Assembly (NCBI GenBank): GCA_002926195.1 | Contig: MZXQ01000097.1 | Span: forward strand, 1 to 32,821 | Source: Candidatus Methanomarinus sp. HR1 | GTDB taxonomy: Archaea; Halobacteriota; Methanosarcinia; Methanosarcinales; Methanocomedenaceae | DNA length: 32,821 nt | Direction: 5' to 3' | Part shown: piece after piece, positions 1-10,972 of the stretch | Numbering within the stretch: the first letter of the stretch is position 1 | Layout: each line of letters opens with the position of its first letter | Position numbers and translations under genes: made by a program | The notes under the pieces: generated by a model | Database searches by the model: none | What the model was told of the DNA's origin: nothing | The model's input: the letters and a program-made list of their open reading frames with translations, nothing else

Positions 1-772
1 GTATAATGCCTGCATAAAGGATAGTTGAAGACCCACCTGATTTTGACTCACTGATCTCAATGCAAACCTGGTCAAATGAAGGACTTACCCAGTTATATTT
101 CTTCAGATTATTGGCCCCTTCAACAAGATCTGGTTCTATTTCCACTCCATCACCGTCAGTTATCGTGATCCCGGTATTTTCCGGTTGTATGGTATTAATG
201 ACTAACGCATACATACCTGTCATAGGTACATAATTATAATTCACAGTCGGAGGAACTGTTATTTTCTTAATAAAATCAATTGATCCCTCTTTTTCCATAT
301 CAGGATCTACTGGTACCATATACTCCAGATGATACATAGATGGCATACCCATACTGCTCTGGATTGAATCATCCCATCCGATAATATTATCATCGACCTG
401 GAATGATGTAATAGCAATACCCTGGCTATCCATTGCCATGGTATTTTTCGTTACTACCAGATTAAATGCATCATCCTGCAGCCATGTGTAAATAGGTCCT
501 GTATAATTTTGTGTACCAACATTCCTGAATATAATTGTCTCGCTTACTGTCAAATAACCTTCATTTTTCAGGTGATCGACTTCAATTAAATGCTGAACAA
601 TAATTATTTCCACTACATTTGATGATATGGATGTATTCCCCATCATACCAGTGCTATTACCGGTGCTATTATTAGATGCATAATGAGCAAATGCATAACC
701 TGATGGAAAAGAGCTTATCAATACTAAAATAAGTACTGTACTAAAGAATATTATTGATTTAATTGATGACAT
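1..772 (-). CDS. Secreted or membrane-anchored hypothetical protein, partial (runs off the left edge)
   Basis: Hand-translated open frame from ATG at 772 (MSSIKSIIFFSTVLILVLISSFPSGYAFA...) with no stop before base 1. Signal-peptide-like N-terminus, several N-x-S/T sequons, and a hydrophobic segment starting at the edge (...GGSSTILYAGII). Not in the ORF track. Confidence 0.75.
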   Translation of the reverse strand, partial: MSSIKSIIFFSTVLILVLISSFPSGYAFAHYASNNSTGNSTGMMGNTSISSNVVEIIIVQHLIEVDHLKNEGYLTVSETIIFRNVGTQNYTGPIYTWLQDDAFNLVVTKNTMAMDSQGIAITSFQVDDNIIGWDDSIQSSMGMPSMYHLEYMVPVDPDMEKEGSIDFIKKITVPPTVNYNYVPMTGMYALVINTIQPENTGITITDGDGVEIEPDLVEGANNLKKYNWVSPSFDQVCIEISESKSGGSSTILYAGII

Positions 773-927
773 TGACCTGTATTTCTTTTTTTATAGTATA
801 TAACTTATGGGGTTATATTCGTGTAAACGCTCACTTCATTTAAGTTAACCAGGATTTATTGATGGACATTAGTTTCATGAATAATTATAAGGACAATCAT
901 TTTAATATAATAATACAACGATGACAT

Positions 928-1386
928 ATGGATAGCATTGACAGACAAATAATAAAACTCACCCAGGACGGTATTTCAATAGAATCCGAACCATTTAAAG
1001 AAATTGCCAGGCATTTGAACATATCAGAGAATGAGGTCATCCAGCGAATAAAGCATTTGCAGTATCAAGGAGTGATCAGGCGTTTCGGTGCATCCATAGG
1101 ACACAGAGTAATAGGAATTACTGCCAATGCTATGTGTACCTGGAATGTACCTGATGAACGAGTAGAAGATATTGGAGCTATCATGGCTGGATTTACTGAA
1201 GTGACCCACTGTTATGAAAGACCGAAAAATAAGGAGTGGCCCTTTAATCTCTATACTATGGTTCATGCCTATACCCATAGTGAATGCGAAAAAATTGCCG
1301 CCCAGATTTCCAGTGCTACTGGTATTACAGATTATAAAATACTGTTCAGTGAGAAGGAATTCAAGAAGACAGGTGTCAGAATTTGA
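928..1386 (+). CDS. ahbB: Siroheme decarboxylase subunit beta (AhbB/NirH-like, Lrp/AsnC fold)
   Basis: IRRFGA, ANAM, VTHCYER, WPFNLYTMVH and EFKKT motifs; lies directly before sirC and hemA. Confidence 0.85.
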   Translation: MDSIDRQIIKLTQDGISIESEPFKEIARHLNISENEVIQRIKHLQYQGVIRRFGASIGHRVIGITANAMCTWNVPDERVEDIGAIMAGFTEVTHCYERPKNKEWPFNLYTMVHAYTHSECEKIAAQISSATGITDYKILFSEKEFKKTGVRI

Positions 1387-2045
1387 AGAATGATTTACCC
1401 CAACTCCTGCCTCTTATGATAAATATGGAGCATAAGAAGGTGGTAATATTTGGCGGGGGACAGGTTGGAGAAAGAAAAGCCAGCCTGTTTGTTAAATATG
1501 CTCCTACAACTCTCATAAGCCGCAGTTTTACTTCAAGAATACATGATCTTGAGAAGCAGGGTCTTGAGTTGATCAGGGTCAATACGCTATCTGATAATGA
1601 AATACTGGATTATATTAATGGTGCCTTTATTGTAATTCCAGCAACAAGTGACAGGAAATTAAATAAAAAGATTGCTAATCTGGCTCATTCGAACAGGTGT
1701 CTGGTAAATTCAGTGGACGGACTGGATGATCTGGCAGTTCCGTCAATTATCAAGAGAGGTAATATCACTTTAGCTATCTCTACACAGGGAGCAAGTCCTG
1801 CCCTGTCCAAATTCATACGGCTGAAGATCGAAGAGACCATTCCGGATAATGCTGAGTTTGAAGATATGGTGCGGTTATTGAAAGAGATGAGGGAAATATT
1901 AAAAACTAAAGTGACTAACCAGAAGGATAGAGCCAGTATTTTATGGGACATCCTGGAAGATGAGGAAGTCTGGAAGGCATTGGGTGAGTCATATGAGGTG
2001 GCATTTGATGTTGCCAGAAAACATATGGAACAAAATCCTCGCTAA
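1383..2045 (+). CDS. sirC: Precorrin-2 dehydrogenase (CysG N-terminal domain/SirC)
   Basis: VVIFGGGQVGERK Rossmann motif, LVNSVD, AISTQGASPALS; heme cluster context. Confidence 0.9.
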   Translation: MKNDLPQLLPLMINMEHKKVVIFGGGQVGERKASLFVKYAPTTLISRSFTSRIHDLEKQGLELIRVNTLSDNEILDYINGAFIVIPATSDRKLNKKIANLAHSNRCLVNSVDGLDDLAVPSIIKRGNITLAISTQGASPALSKFIRLKIEETIPDNAEFEDMVRLLKEMREILKTKVTNQKDRASILWDILEDEEVWKALGESYEVAFDVARKHMEQNPR

Positions 2046-2119
2046 GGCCCGGATTTTGTTCTGTGTTAAATTCACAAGTTTTATTATTATAAAAAATAAT
2101 CATCATCAATGGTTGTACC

Positions 2120-4069
2120 ATGAAAAAACTGCTACCACTTGTGATTATGATTATCATAATATCACTATTGATCACATTTTCCGGATGTATAAAAAAAGCT
2201 GATGACCAAATTCCAGTACCATCTGAGCCATTGAATATTAGCAATGTAACAACAAAATGGGATCTTTCATTTTTATTTAATAGCAGAGTAGAAGCAGATA
2301 AAGAAGTGATGAGACTGGTAAAAATAGAGTTCGAATTAGAAGACAAATATATTAACAATTATTTCCGCCCTCAGTTCCAAACCTTAAAAGGCGAGGTTTT
2401 AATGGAGTATTTAGAAGAAGAAGAATATTATTTAGAATCTTTTGAGGCCTTATGGCAATATGCATTTGCTCAACACAGTCTAAATGTTAATGACCCGTAT
2501 TTTAATAACCTTCTCTCGGATATGCAGGATTTAAGCACAAAACACGATGAAGCTACATCCTTTGTTGAAGTAAAGCTCACATCTATTTCAGAAGATGAAT
2601 GGGATCGGATATTTAGTGAAGAACCGGGACTGGAGAAATATAGACCCTACCTGGAATCCAATTATATAAGGTATAAAGATCATAGACCTCATAATGAAAA
2701 CCACAATGCATATCTTACCGAAATTATAAATCAACTGATGAAACTTGAAACAATTGCAACAACAGAAATTACTAATAACGTTACTAAGCCTGGAAATATA
2801 ACTCTTGATAATGGGGAAGAATATGCAATTAATTCACAATCCTTTTATTTTCTTCTTTATACTGATAATAATCGAAAAAACAGAGAGAAATGTTACAATA
2901 AAAGATTTGATCATTTGATCAATGAATCTGATAAAATGGCAGAACTCTACAATGAAAAATCAAAATTAGATGACAAACATGCAAGAGAATTGAATTACAC
3001 TGATGCCTTTGAAGCCAGCTTGTTTTGTTCCTATCTTGAAAAAGAACAAATTGATGATATGAATTCGGTTTTAAAAAAACGGAAAAATGTATTTGACGAA
3101 TATTTTGAGTTCAAAAGGAATAAACTCGGACTTGATCAATTAAGACCTTATGATATTTACCTACATTTATCAGAAGAACCGATCCAGTATTGCAATTACA
3201 CTGATGCACTGCTTGATATACAACAATCCTATTCTTCGATGGATCCTGAATTTAATCGAATTTTCATACAAACCGTAACCGGTAATTGTATAGATGTTTA
3301 TCCAAATCCTGAAAATGGGAAACAGTCGGGTGGTTATTGCTTTGGTCCCTGTAAGGAAGATACATTTCCACTAATTTTTTTGAACTATAACGGATTAATC
3401 TCAGATAAAAAATCAATTACCCGTAAAATGGGTTATGGATTTTATTTTTATTTGGTGTACAATAACGTTGACTATCTTTATTGTGACGGTACAACATATG
3501 AGATGGAGATTCCTTCTACCTTCAATGAAGAGTTATTTATTGATTATATCATTAACAATAAAAGTAATGAAACAGTAGTTTCTATGCTGTCCCAGCATAT
3601 CGAAGATTATTATAGCTATTTCACTACCCAACCTTTGATCACAGAATTTGAATACGAGGCACATAGATTATGTTCTAAGCAGGATAATATTAGCGGTGCT
3701 GATCTTAACTCATTGTGGACAAATCTGTCAAAGGAATATAGGAATGAAAAAATAAAATATTATGATGAGGATTCAGCAGAATGGATACTTTTTAAACATA
3801 TTTATTTTACATACAATTATCATACATATAATTACGCAATTTCAAAGGCGATAACCCTCTCTCTTTTTAAACAATATAAAGAGGACCCACAAAAATTCAA
3901 TGAGAATTATATAGAATATCTAAAAGCAGGTACAACGATCACTCCACAGGAAAAATTAAAGAAATATTTTAATATCAAAATAGATGAAAAACTATTTGAA
4001 GATGCAATGGACGTTGTAGAATCAAGAGTAAATACACTGATAGAACTTGAAAAAGAAACTGTCGAGTAA
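2120..4069 (+). CDS. M3 family oligoendopeptidase F-like lipoprotein with a degenerate Zn-binding motif
   Basis: Lipobox LITFSGC; WDLS, LRPYD, IDVYP..GKQSGGY, LNY, EIPSTFNE, EFEYEAH and Y.YNYA are M3B-like motifs; the HExxH position reads RKMGY. Confidence 0.8.
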   Translation: MKKLLPLVIMIIIISLLITFSGCIKKADDQIPVPSEPLNISNVTTKWDLSFLFNSRVEADKEVMRLVKIEFELEDKYINNYFRPQFQTLKGEVLMEYLEEEEYYLESFEALWQYAFAQHSLNVNDPYFNNLLSDMQDLSTKHDEATSFVEVKLTSISEDEWDRIFSEEPGLEKYRPYLESNYIRYKDHRPHNENHNAYLTEIINQLMKLETIATTEITNNVTKPGNITLDNGEEYAINSQSFYFLLYTDNNRKNREKCYNKRFDHLINESDKMAELYNEKSKLDDKHARELNYTDAFEASLFCSYLEKEQIDDMNSVLKKRKNVFDEYFEFKRNKLGLDQLRPYDIYLHLSEEPIQYCNYTDALLDIQQSYSSMDPEFNRIFIQTVTGNCIDVYPNPENGKQSGGYCFGPCKEDTFPLIFLNYNGLISDKKSITRKMGYGFYFYLVYNNVDYLYCDGTTYEMEIPSTFNEELFIDYIINNKSNETVVSMLSQHIEDYYSYFTTQPLITEFEYEAHRLCSKQDNISGADLNSLWTNLSKEYRNEKIKYYDEDSAEWILFKHIYFTYNYHTYNYAISKAITLSLFKQYKEDPQKFNENYIEYLKAGTTITPQEKLKKYFNIKIDEKLFEDAMDVVESRVNTLIELEKETVE

Positions 4070-4113
4070 AACGTTAGTTTTATTTGGGTAGCAAGGCTAT
4101 AATAACACATCAT

Positions 4114-5379
4114 ATGACTGAAATTTCAAGTATGCTAATAACCCATGTAACAGCCAATGTTGAAGATATTGAAAAACTTCATGCATGGCACGGTGGTGTG
4201 GATAAAATTTTGCGTATGCTGCATGCAAACGAACAGGTATTGGAATGTGCTATGCTTATGACCTGCAACAGGGTTGAAGTTTATGTGGTCTCGCCCAAAG
4301 GCAGTAAAATGCTTTTAAAATTTGCAAAAAAGATGAATGTACCAGACCGAATCGTGGATTTCCTTGATCACGAAGAGTCCATCCGTCATTTAATACGAGT
4401 TGCTTCAGGCATGGAATCTATGATCGTAGGAGAGGACCAGATCCTGGGTCAGGTAAAAGACCTGTATAATATTGCAAAAAAGACGGGAAGCACTGGAAAG
4501 ATGCTGGATACGGCATTTAACAAGGCTATACATGTGGGTAAAAGGGTCAGGAATGAGACAGCCATTAATAAGGGATCGGTATCTATCGGCTCCGCAGCCG
4601 TAGAACTGGCAGAAGAAGTGATGGTTGATCTTAAAGGAAAGACCGTTATGATTATCGGGGCCGGAGAGATGGGAACCTTGGTAGCTAAAGCTCTGGCAAA
4701 CAAGAACATTAATGCCTTATATGTCGCCAACCGCACTTTTGAGCGGGCCGTGGAATTAGCAGATGAACTTAGTGGGACTGCGATAGCGTATGATATGATC
4801 TCTGACTACATAGGGGAATCTGATGTAGTGATCAGTGCAACTGCTGCACCACACCTGGTAATTACTAAAGATATAATAGAAAATAGTTTATCCGAACGTG
4901 ATCAGGATATTCTGCTTATCGACATTGCCAACCCGAGAGATATCGAAGAATCAGTAGTCCAAATACAGGCAGTCAAACTGTTTAATATTGACAGTCTAAA
5001 AAGCATCAGCGAAAAGAACTTAAGAAAACGCCGTGATGAAATACCCAGGGTGAAGAAGATAATTGAGGAGGAAATGGAACTTCTCAATAAACAATATAAA
5101 CGTCAAAAAGCTGATAAAGTTATTGCAGGTTTATATAATATAATAGAAGAAATACGCACCACCCAACGGGATGTTGCCATTAACAAATTGAGTGCCTACC
5201 ATAACCTGGGAGAAATTGAACGTGAAGTACTTAACGACCTTACTCATTCGGTAGCCAATAAGATACTGGCAGAACCTACCAAAAAACTGCGCAATGCAGC
5301 AGAACATGATAATGAGCTGTTTCTCAATACTGTGGCTGAATTGTTCGAGCTTAATGATAATAAAATTGATGAAAAATAA
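4114..5379 (+). CDS. hemA: Glutamyl-tRNA reductase
   Basis: TCNRVE, SMIVGEDQILGQVK and IGAGEMG motifs; start placed at ATG 4114 (MTEISSM). Confidence 0.95.
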   Translation: MTEISSMLITHVTANVEDIEKLHAWHGGVDKILRMLHANEQVLECAMLMTCNRVEVYVVSPKGSKMLLKFAKKMNVPDRIVDFLDHEESIRHLIRVASGMESMIVGEDQILGQVKDLYNIAKKTGSTGKMLDTAFNKAIHVGKRVRNETAINKGSVSIGSAAVELAEEVMVDLKGKTVMIIGAGEMGTLVAKALANKNINALYVANRTFERAVELADELSGTAIAYDMISDYIGESDVVISATAAPHLVITKDIIENSLSERDQDILLIDIANPRDIEESVVQIQAVKLFNIDSLKSISEKNLRKRRDEIPRVKKIIEEEMELLNKQYKRQKADKVIAGLYNIIEEIRTTQRDVAINKLSAYHNLGEIEREVLNDLTHSVANKILAEPTKKLRNAAEHDNELFLNTVAELFELNDNKIDEK

Positions 5380-5397
5380 TATTTCAGGTAAATTATT

Positions 5398-6378
5398 ATG
5401 TTTCCAATCACCAGACTAAGAAGACTCAGGGCACAAAAAATACGCAAAATGGTAAGAGAAACAGATCTTTCGGTAAATGACCTGATTGCGCCATTATTTG
5501 TAGATGAGAATATTACTGAGACAATGCCAATATCATCTATGCCCGGGATACAGAGAGAAACTCCGAAAAGTATAGTGGACGAAGCAAAGGCATTGGTTGA
5601 TCTGGAAATTCCGGCTATTGTCCTGTTTGGAATACCAGCACAAAAAAACGAGATGGGTAGTCATGCATGGGGAGATGATGATGTTATACAGAACGCTGTA
5701 CGGGATATCAAAAACGAAGTAGGTAGTGATATGGTAATTATCACAGACCTGTGTCTGTGTGAATATACTACCCACGGTCACTGCGGTATGGTGGATTATA
5801 AGACCGGTGAGGTACTGAATGACCCGACCCTCCCATTACTGGCCCAAACTGCGTTGAGCCATGTTAACGCAGGTGCTGATATAGTAGCTCCGTCAGGAAT
5901 GATGGATGGAATGATTAAAGCTATCCGTGAAGCTCTTGATCAGAATAGTTTTTTTAATACACCAATAATGTCATATGCTGCTAAATATTCCTCATCTTTC
6001 TACGGCCCTTTCAGGGAAGCTGCTGATTCTGGCTATCAATTCGGGGACCGCTCTACTTACCAGATGGACCCTGCCAACAGCAATGAAGCTCTTCGTGAGG
6101 TTGAACAGGATGTCCTGGAAGGAGCTGATATTGTAATGGTAAAACCTGCTTTACCGTACCTGGATATAATTTACAGGGTCAAGCATGAGTTCGGGATGCC
6201 TACGGCTGCCTATAATGTGAGCGGTGAATACTCTATGATAAAAGGAGCTGTTGAGCAAGGATGGTTAAATGAAAGTGCTATCATGGAATCCCTTATCTCA
6301 ATTAAACGGGCGGGTGCTGATATGATACTTACTTATTTTGCTAAAGAGGTAGCCAGGGATCTTAATGACTCAACTTGA
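5398..6378 (+). CDS. hemB: Porphobilinogen synthase (Zn-type)
   Basis: [41 protein letters not shown]. Confidence 0.97.
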   Translation: MFPITRLRRLRAQKIRKMVRETDLSVNDLIAPLFVDENITETMPISSMPGIQRETPKSIVDEAKALVDLEIPAIVLFGIPAQKNEMGSHAWGDDDVIQNAVRDIKNEVGSDMVIITDLCLCEYTTHGHCGMVDYKTGEVLNDPTLPLLAQTALSHVNAGADIVAPSGMMDGMIKAIREALDQNSFFNTPIMSYAAKYSSSFYGPFREAADSGYQFGDRSTYQMDPANSNEALREVEQDVLEGADIVMVKPALPYLDIIYRVKHEFGMPTAAYNVSGEYSMIKGAVEQGWLNESAIMESLISIKRAGADMILTYFAKEVARDLNDST

Positions 6379-7303
6379 ATCACCCATCCGGCATGCTGTT
6401 ATCACTCCGGATATTTCTGTAACTGAACTGATAGATCAAATGAGCGGATGTGCATTCGGAGCAGGCCGGCTGGCAGAAGCAGTTGATATATATACTGCCA
6501 TGCTTAATGAGCGCGAATGTACCAGGTTCTTTGGTCTGGCAGGTGCTATGGTGCCTGCAGGTATGCGTAATATTATCAGTCATCTCATCAGGGAAGGCCA
6601 CATCGATGTACTGGTGACCACCGGAGCCAATATGGTACATGATGTTATTGAGGCTCTTGGATTACATCATTACAAAGGCAGCGACCTTGTAGATGATATA
6701 GAGTTAAAACACAACCAGGTGAATCGTATATATGATGTATTCCTTCCTGAGGAGCATTTTACTGATCTGGAGGATTTCTTACAGAGTACCTATTCACAAT
6801 TAAGTGATCAGACAATTTCCATAAGGGAATTGCTTACACATATAGGAAGTCATCTGGAAGATAAGGATTCCATATTAAAAAGCGCTTATGATGCTAATAT
6901 CCCGATCTACTGCCCGGCGTTGCAGGACTCTATTATCGGATTGCAGGCCTTTTTATTCAAACAGAACGCAAAACTGGTTGTGGATGCCTTTGCAGATATG
7001 AAGGAGTTTATGGATATATGTTACAATGCCACACGTACCGGTGCATTAATGGTGGGTGGAGGTGTACCCAAGAATTATATCTTACAAAGTATGCTTATTA
7101 CTCCGAATGATTTTGATTATGCTATCCAGCTAACCACAGACAGACCTGATCCCGGAGGGCTGAGCGGTGCCACACTGGAAGAAGCACAATCATGGGGTAA
7201 GGTAGGTGAACGTGCCAGGTCTATGACCATATACGGTGATGCTACTATTACCCTGCCGCTGCTTGTGGCTGCTACTATAAGCAGAATAGGAGAAATGAGA
7301 TGA
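6365..7303 (+). CDS. dys: Deoxyhypusine synthase
   Basis: [27 protein letters not shown] (active-site Lys), DATITLP. Confidence 0.93.
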   Translation: MTQLESPIRHAVITPDISVTELIDQMSGCAFGAGRLAEAVDIYTAMLNERECTRFFGLAGAMVPAGMRNIISHLIREGHIDVLVTTGANMVHDVIEALGLHHYKGSDLVDDIELKHNQVNRIYDVFLPEEHFTDLEDFLQSTYSQLSDQTISIRELLTHIGSHLEDKDSILKSAYDANIPIYCPALQDSIIGLQAFLFKQNAKLVVDAFADMKEFMDICYNATRTGALMVGGGVPKNYILQSMLITPNDFDYAIQLTTDRPDPGGLSGATLEEAQSWGKVGERARSMTIYGDATITLPLLVAATISRIGEMR

Positions 7304-7956
7304 AAAAAGATACCGGACTAATACTGGCACTGGATGTAACAGACAGGGACAGTGCTCTGTCTATTGTAGAGGATACAGTTTCCTGTCTTGATGCAGTGAA
7401 GGTAGGGTATCCGCTGATATTAAGTACCGGACTTTCAATTATTGATCAGCTCCGTGATATATCACATGTACCTGTTATTGCAGATCTCAAAGTGGCAGAC
7501 ATACCTAATACTAATCATTTGATCCTGCAGCAGGCATACCGTGCAGGGGCATCGGGAGTAATAGTACATGCCTTTACCGGACAGGATAGTCTTATGGCCT
7601 GTACTAAAGAGGCGCGAAAGTGGAAACGGGATGTATTTGCAGTAACACAGATGAGTCATCCCGGAGCTGAAGATTTTCTGGTAGATGCAGCAGAGGATAT
7701 GGCAAAAATGGCTGTTAACTGCCAGGCAACAGGAGTAGTAGCTCCGGCAACCAGGCCAAAGATGGTCAGAATGATACGGCAGATCATCGGTGATCTGATC
7801 ATCATCTCGCCAGGTGTAGGTGCCCAGGGTGGCAGTGCAGCAGATACCATACAGGCAGGTGCTGATTATGTGATCATAGGCAGGAGTATCTATCAATCGC
7901 ATGAACCTGGTGCTGCTGCAAAGCAGATAGTAGATGAGATATCATCAGCATTATAA
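7300..7956 (+). CDS. pyrF: Orotidine 5'-phosphate decarboxylase
   Basis: [35 protein letters not shown]. Confidence 0.97.
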   Translation: MKKDTGLILALDVTDRDSALSIVEDTVSCLDAVKVGYPLILSTGLSIIDQLRDISHVPVIADLKVADIPNTNHLILQQAYRAGASGVIVHAFTGQDSLMACTKEARKWKRDVFAVTQMSHPGAEDFLVDAAEDMAKMAVNCQATGVVAPATRPKMVRMIRQIIGDLIIISPGVGAQGGSAADTIQAGADYVIIGRSIYQSHEPGAAAKQIVDEISSAL

Positions 7957-8126
7957 GAGTATTAATAATATGTGTCAATGATGATCCTATTAACTGAGCA
8001 ATAGATGAAGAGCCCTATGAGTACTGAGACACATATCTATTATCAACTTTGTTAAGGTCTGTGTTCTTTTAACCGGAGATACTGTACCACCAATTTTATA
8101 TACACCTCTTTAGAAAACATAATCCG

Positions 8127-9407
8127 ATGTCAGATGAAACAACCCGGGACCCATTAAAGGCCAGCTTTGATGTTAACATAGAAATGAAGATCAATGATTC
8201 TCATTTCATCTATATCCAGACTGCAGATGGGTCTAAGAAGACCCTGGACTATGACTATAAAAAATGTAACGGGTGCGGGATATGTATCTCAGTTTGTCCG
8301 GTAGGTGCCATTGAAGCAGGTCCATTGCTCGAGATAGCTACAGGCATGGATGCACCACCTGTTATCATTGACCAGACCAAATGTACATTCTGCGGCATGT
8401 GTGCATCTTTTTGTCCGGTAAAGGCCATAAAGATGGACATAGACGGTGAAGATATTCTAAAAAAAACTGAATACATTCAACTCGACTCTAATGTTGTGAT
8501 AAATGAAAAATGCCTCCCCTGTATGCTATGTGAAAAAGTATGCCCACAAGAGGCCATTGAATTAACACTTACCATTCCTAAAAAAGAAGAAATAGCACCA
8601 CTTAAAGAAAATCAGGATGGTGAGATCACAGTAGATATGAACAAATGTAATTTTTGTGGTATATGTGCTTATTTCTGTTTGGCATTCGTATTAGTAGAAA
8701 GAGATCCAACTGCGAATAATCCTGTACCTTTTGTCGATCTTCTTCTTGATCTTGATAAATGTGATTACTGCAAGATATGTGAAGACCTGTGCCCTGAAGA
8801 TGCTATTAAAGTCAAAGGCATCCTGCAGGTCCAGGTACCAGAGATCAACGGTACGCTGAATATAGATAATAATAAGTGCGTTAAGTGCGGATGGTGCAGG
8901 GAAGTATGTCCTTATGATGCAGTAGAAGTGATAAAACCATTTGAAGGAGATATTGAGCTTATAGAAAAGAGATTGGCAGAATGTGATCCGATAGGATGTC
9001 ACGGTTGTTTTAATGTATGTCCTGCCCATGCCTGGTTTATTCCAGGTGATAAAAAAATAGATGTGGCAAAAGATCTTTGTATCTACTGCGGAGCATGTGA
9101 AAAAGCCTGTCATGTATATGCCATAGAGGTCGGACGTACAGATGTGAAGCACACTCAAATAACGAATAAGCCATGGACTTCTCAATGGGAAGATGCTGTT
9201 ATTTCAATTAAGACAGAAAATCGTGTAAGACCTGATATCAACCGCAGGGTGGAAGTGGATACAACATGCATCCGACATCGTGAACTTAAAGAGATATCTT
9301 CCAGGGAAGATAATGATCATATGCCGGAAATTCGTTCACGGATAGATGAGCTGATTTTGGTGCTTGGTGATATTAAGAGCAGGTATAAAATGGAGCGTGG
9401 ATTTTGA
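8127..9407 (+). CDS. Polyferredoxin with eight 4Fe-4S motifs (formylmethanofuran dehydrogenase subunit F-like)
   Basis: Eight CxxCxxCxxxC-type motifs counted, one with an insertion; size and pattern fit FwdF/FmdF. Confidence 0.8.
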   Translation: MSDETTRDPLKASFDVNIEMKINDSHFIYIQTADGSKKTLDYDYKKCNGCGICISVCPVGAIEAGPLLEIATGMDAPPVIIDQTKCTFCGMCASFCPVKAIKMDIDGEDILKKTEYIQLDSNVVINEKCLPCMLCEKVCPQEAIELTLTIPKKEEIAPLKENQDGEITVDMNKCNFCGICAYFCLAFVLVERDPTANNPVPFVDLLLDLDKCDYCKICEDLCPEDAIKVKGILQVQVPEINGTLNIDNNKCVKCGWCREVCPYDAVEVIKPFEGDIELIEKRLAECDPIGCHGCFNVCPAHAWFIPGDKKIDVAKDLCIYCGACEKACHVYAIEVGRTDVKHTQITNKPWTSQWEDAVISIKTENRVRPDINRRVEVDTTCIRHRELKEISSREDNDHMPEIRSRIDELILVLGDIKSRYKMERGF

Positions 9408-9506
9408 AGTCCATTTTGTACAATTTAATTGGCTTTTTTTCACAATTATGCTATTTTCCCGCAATATTGGGAAAGTTTTATATGATTAATCATCACACTC
9501 CCATCC

Positions 9507-10277
9507 ATGAAACTCATACAAGAACTAACGATCATAGGCGGTATAGACAAATCGGGGATTAAAGAAGAGATTGAAAAGATCAGCATATCTCCCGGCGAGA
9601 TAATCGGGATTGTTGGACCTACCGGTTCAGGAAAAAGTACTCTTATTTGTGATATCGAACAGCTTGCACAGGCTGATACACCAACCGGACGTACAATATT
9701 AATAAACGGAGTTGTTCCCACACAGGAAATACGCACTGATCCCCGAAAAAAGTGCATAGCCCAATTGTCCCAGAATATGCATTTTCTTGCAGACATGACA
9801 GTAATTGAGTTTCTCAGTATGCATGCAAAGAGTAGAAATAAAAATTCAAATGCTGCAGAAAGAGTCATAGAACATGCAAATACTCTTACAGGAGAACCAA
9901 TTCATCCTGAGCACCAGCTTACTATATTAAGCGGCGGACAGTCCAGAGCACTTATGGCAGCAGATATTGCAGTAATAAGCGATTCACCTATTGTACTGAT
10001 CGATGAGATAGAAAATGCAGGTATAAAGAAACAGAAAGCTTTAAAGCTATTAGCATCCGAGGGCAAGATCGTTATGGTAGTAACACATGACCCGGTACTG
10101 GCACTGATGACAAAGCGCAGGATCGTTATGAAGACCGGTGGAATGAGACAGATAATCACCAAGACATCATCAGAGGAAGGGCTGTGGAATAAACTTGTTA
10201 AAATTGATGATTATATGATGTCACTTCGCGATACTATCAGACATGGCGGACTGGTAGAGGAAGTAAGTGCTGTATGA
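9507..10277 (+). CDS. Stand-alone ABC-type ATPase
   Basis: Walker A GPTGSGKS, signature LSGGQ, Walker B VLIDE, VTHD; no permease nearby. Confidence 0.88.
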   Translation: MKLIQELTIIGGIDKSGIKEEIEKISISPGEIIGIVGPTGSGKSTLICDIEQLAQADTPTGRTILINGVVPTQEIRTDPRKKCIAQLSQNMHFLADMTVIEFLSMHAKSRNKNSNAAERVIEHANTLTGEPIHPEHQLTILSGGQSRALMAADIAVISDSPIVLIDEIENAGIKKQKALKLLASEGKIVMVVTHDPVLALMTKRRIVMKTGGMRQIITKTSSEEGLWNKLVKIDDYMMSLRDTIRHGGLVEEVSAV

Positions 10278-10972
10278 AACTAATTGTAATAGCAGGCACA
10301 CCCGGTTCAGGAAAAACATCGGTATTGATACATACCATCAAACTGCTTGAAAAAACCAGTGCTTCGCCCTGCGTTGTTAAGATAGACTGCCTATGGACTG
10401 ATGATGATAAAAGGTTTAACAAGCTTAACATACCTGTACGTATCGGTTTATCAAAAGATATGTGTCCTGATCATTTTGCAATTTATAATACTGACGATAT
10501 GCTTGAATGGGCCGCAAGAAACAACGCTGATATTCTGCTCAATGAGACCGCAGGTCTGTGTCTGCGGTGTGCACCCTATCCTGATGGGTGCCTGGCTGTA
10601 TGTGTGATTGATGTGACCACTGGTCCCAATACTCCTTTAAAAGTGGGGCCGCTTCTGACCACAGCAGATGTGGTAGTAACAACCAAAGGAGATATTGTAT
10701 CACAGGCTGAGCGGGAAGTATTCAGAGAGCGTGTCATTGAAGCGAATCCGCATGCCCGGATCATAGAAGCAAATGGTCTTAGCGGACAGGGTGCGGCAGA
10801 ACTTACCAAGATCATATTAAATATGCCTGCAACCGGAGATGATCTATCCTTAAGACATAACGCCCCTCTGGCAATATGTACATTATGCACAGGAGAGATG
10901 CATGTATCAAAACGGTATCATATGGGTGTGTTGCGGCATATTGACGGGTCAATGGGGTACAAAGGAGAATAA
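10274..10972 (+). CDS. G3E-type (HypB/UreG-like) GTPase, Cys-rich
   Basis: [24 protein letters not shown] and CTLC metal motifs; ATGA overlap with the upstream ATPase. Confidence 0.8.
   Translation: MKLIVIAGTPGSGKTSVLIHTIKLLEKTSASPCVVKIDCLWTDDDKRFNKLNIPVRIGLSKDMCPDHFAIYNTDDMLEWAARNNADILLNETAGLCLRCAPYPDGCLAVCVIDVTTGPNTPLKVGPLLTTADVVVTTKGDIVSQAEREVFRERVIEANPHARIIEANGLSGQGAAELTKIILNMPATGDDLSLRHNAPLAICTLCTGEMHVSKRYHMGVLRHIDGSMGYKGE

Noticed and set aside
928..1386. Lrp/AsnC transcription regulator
   Set aside because: The HCYER motif and heme-cluster context indicate siroheme decarboxylase
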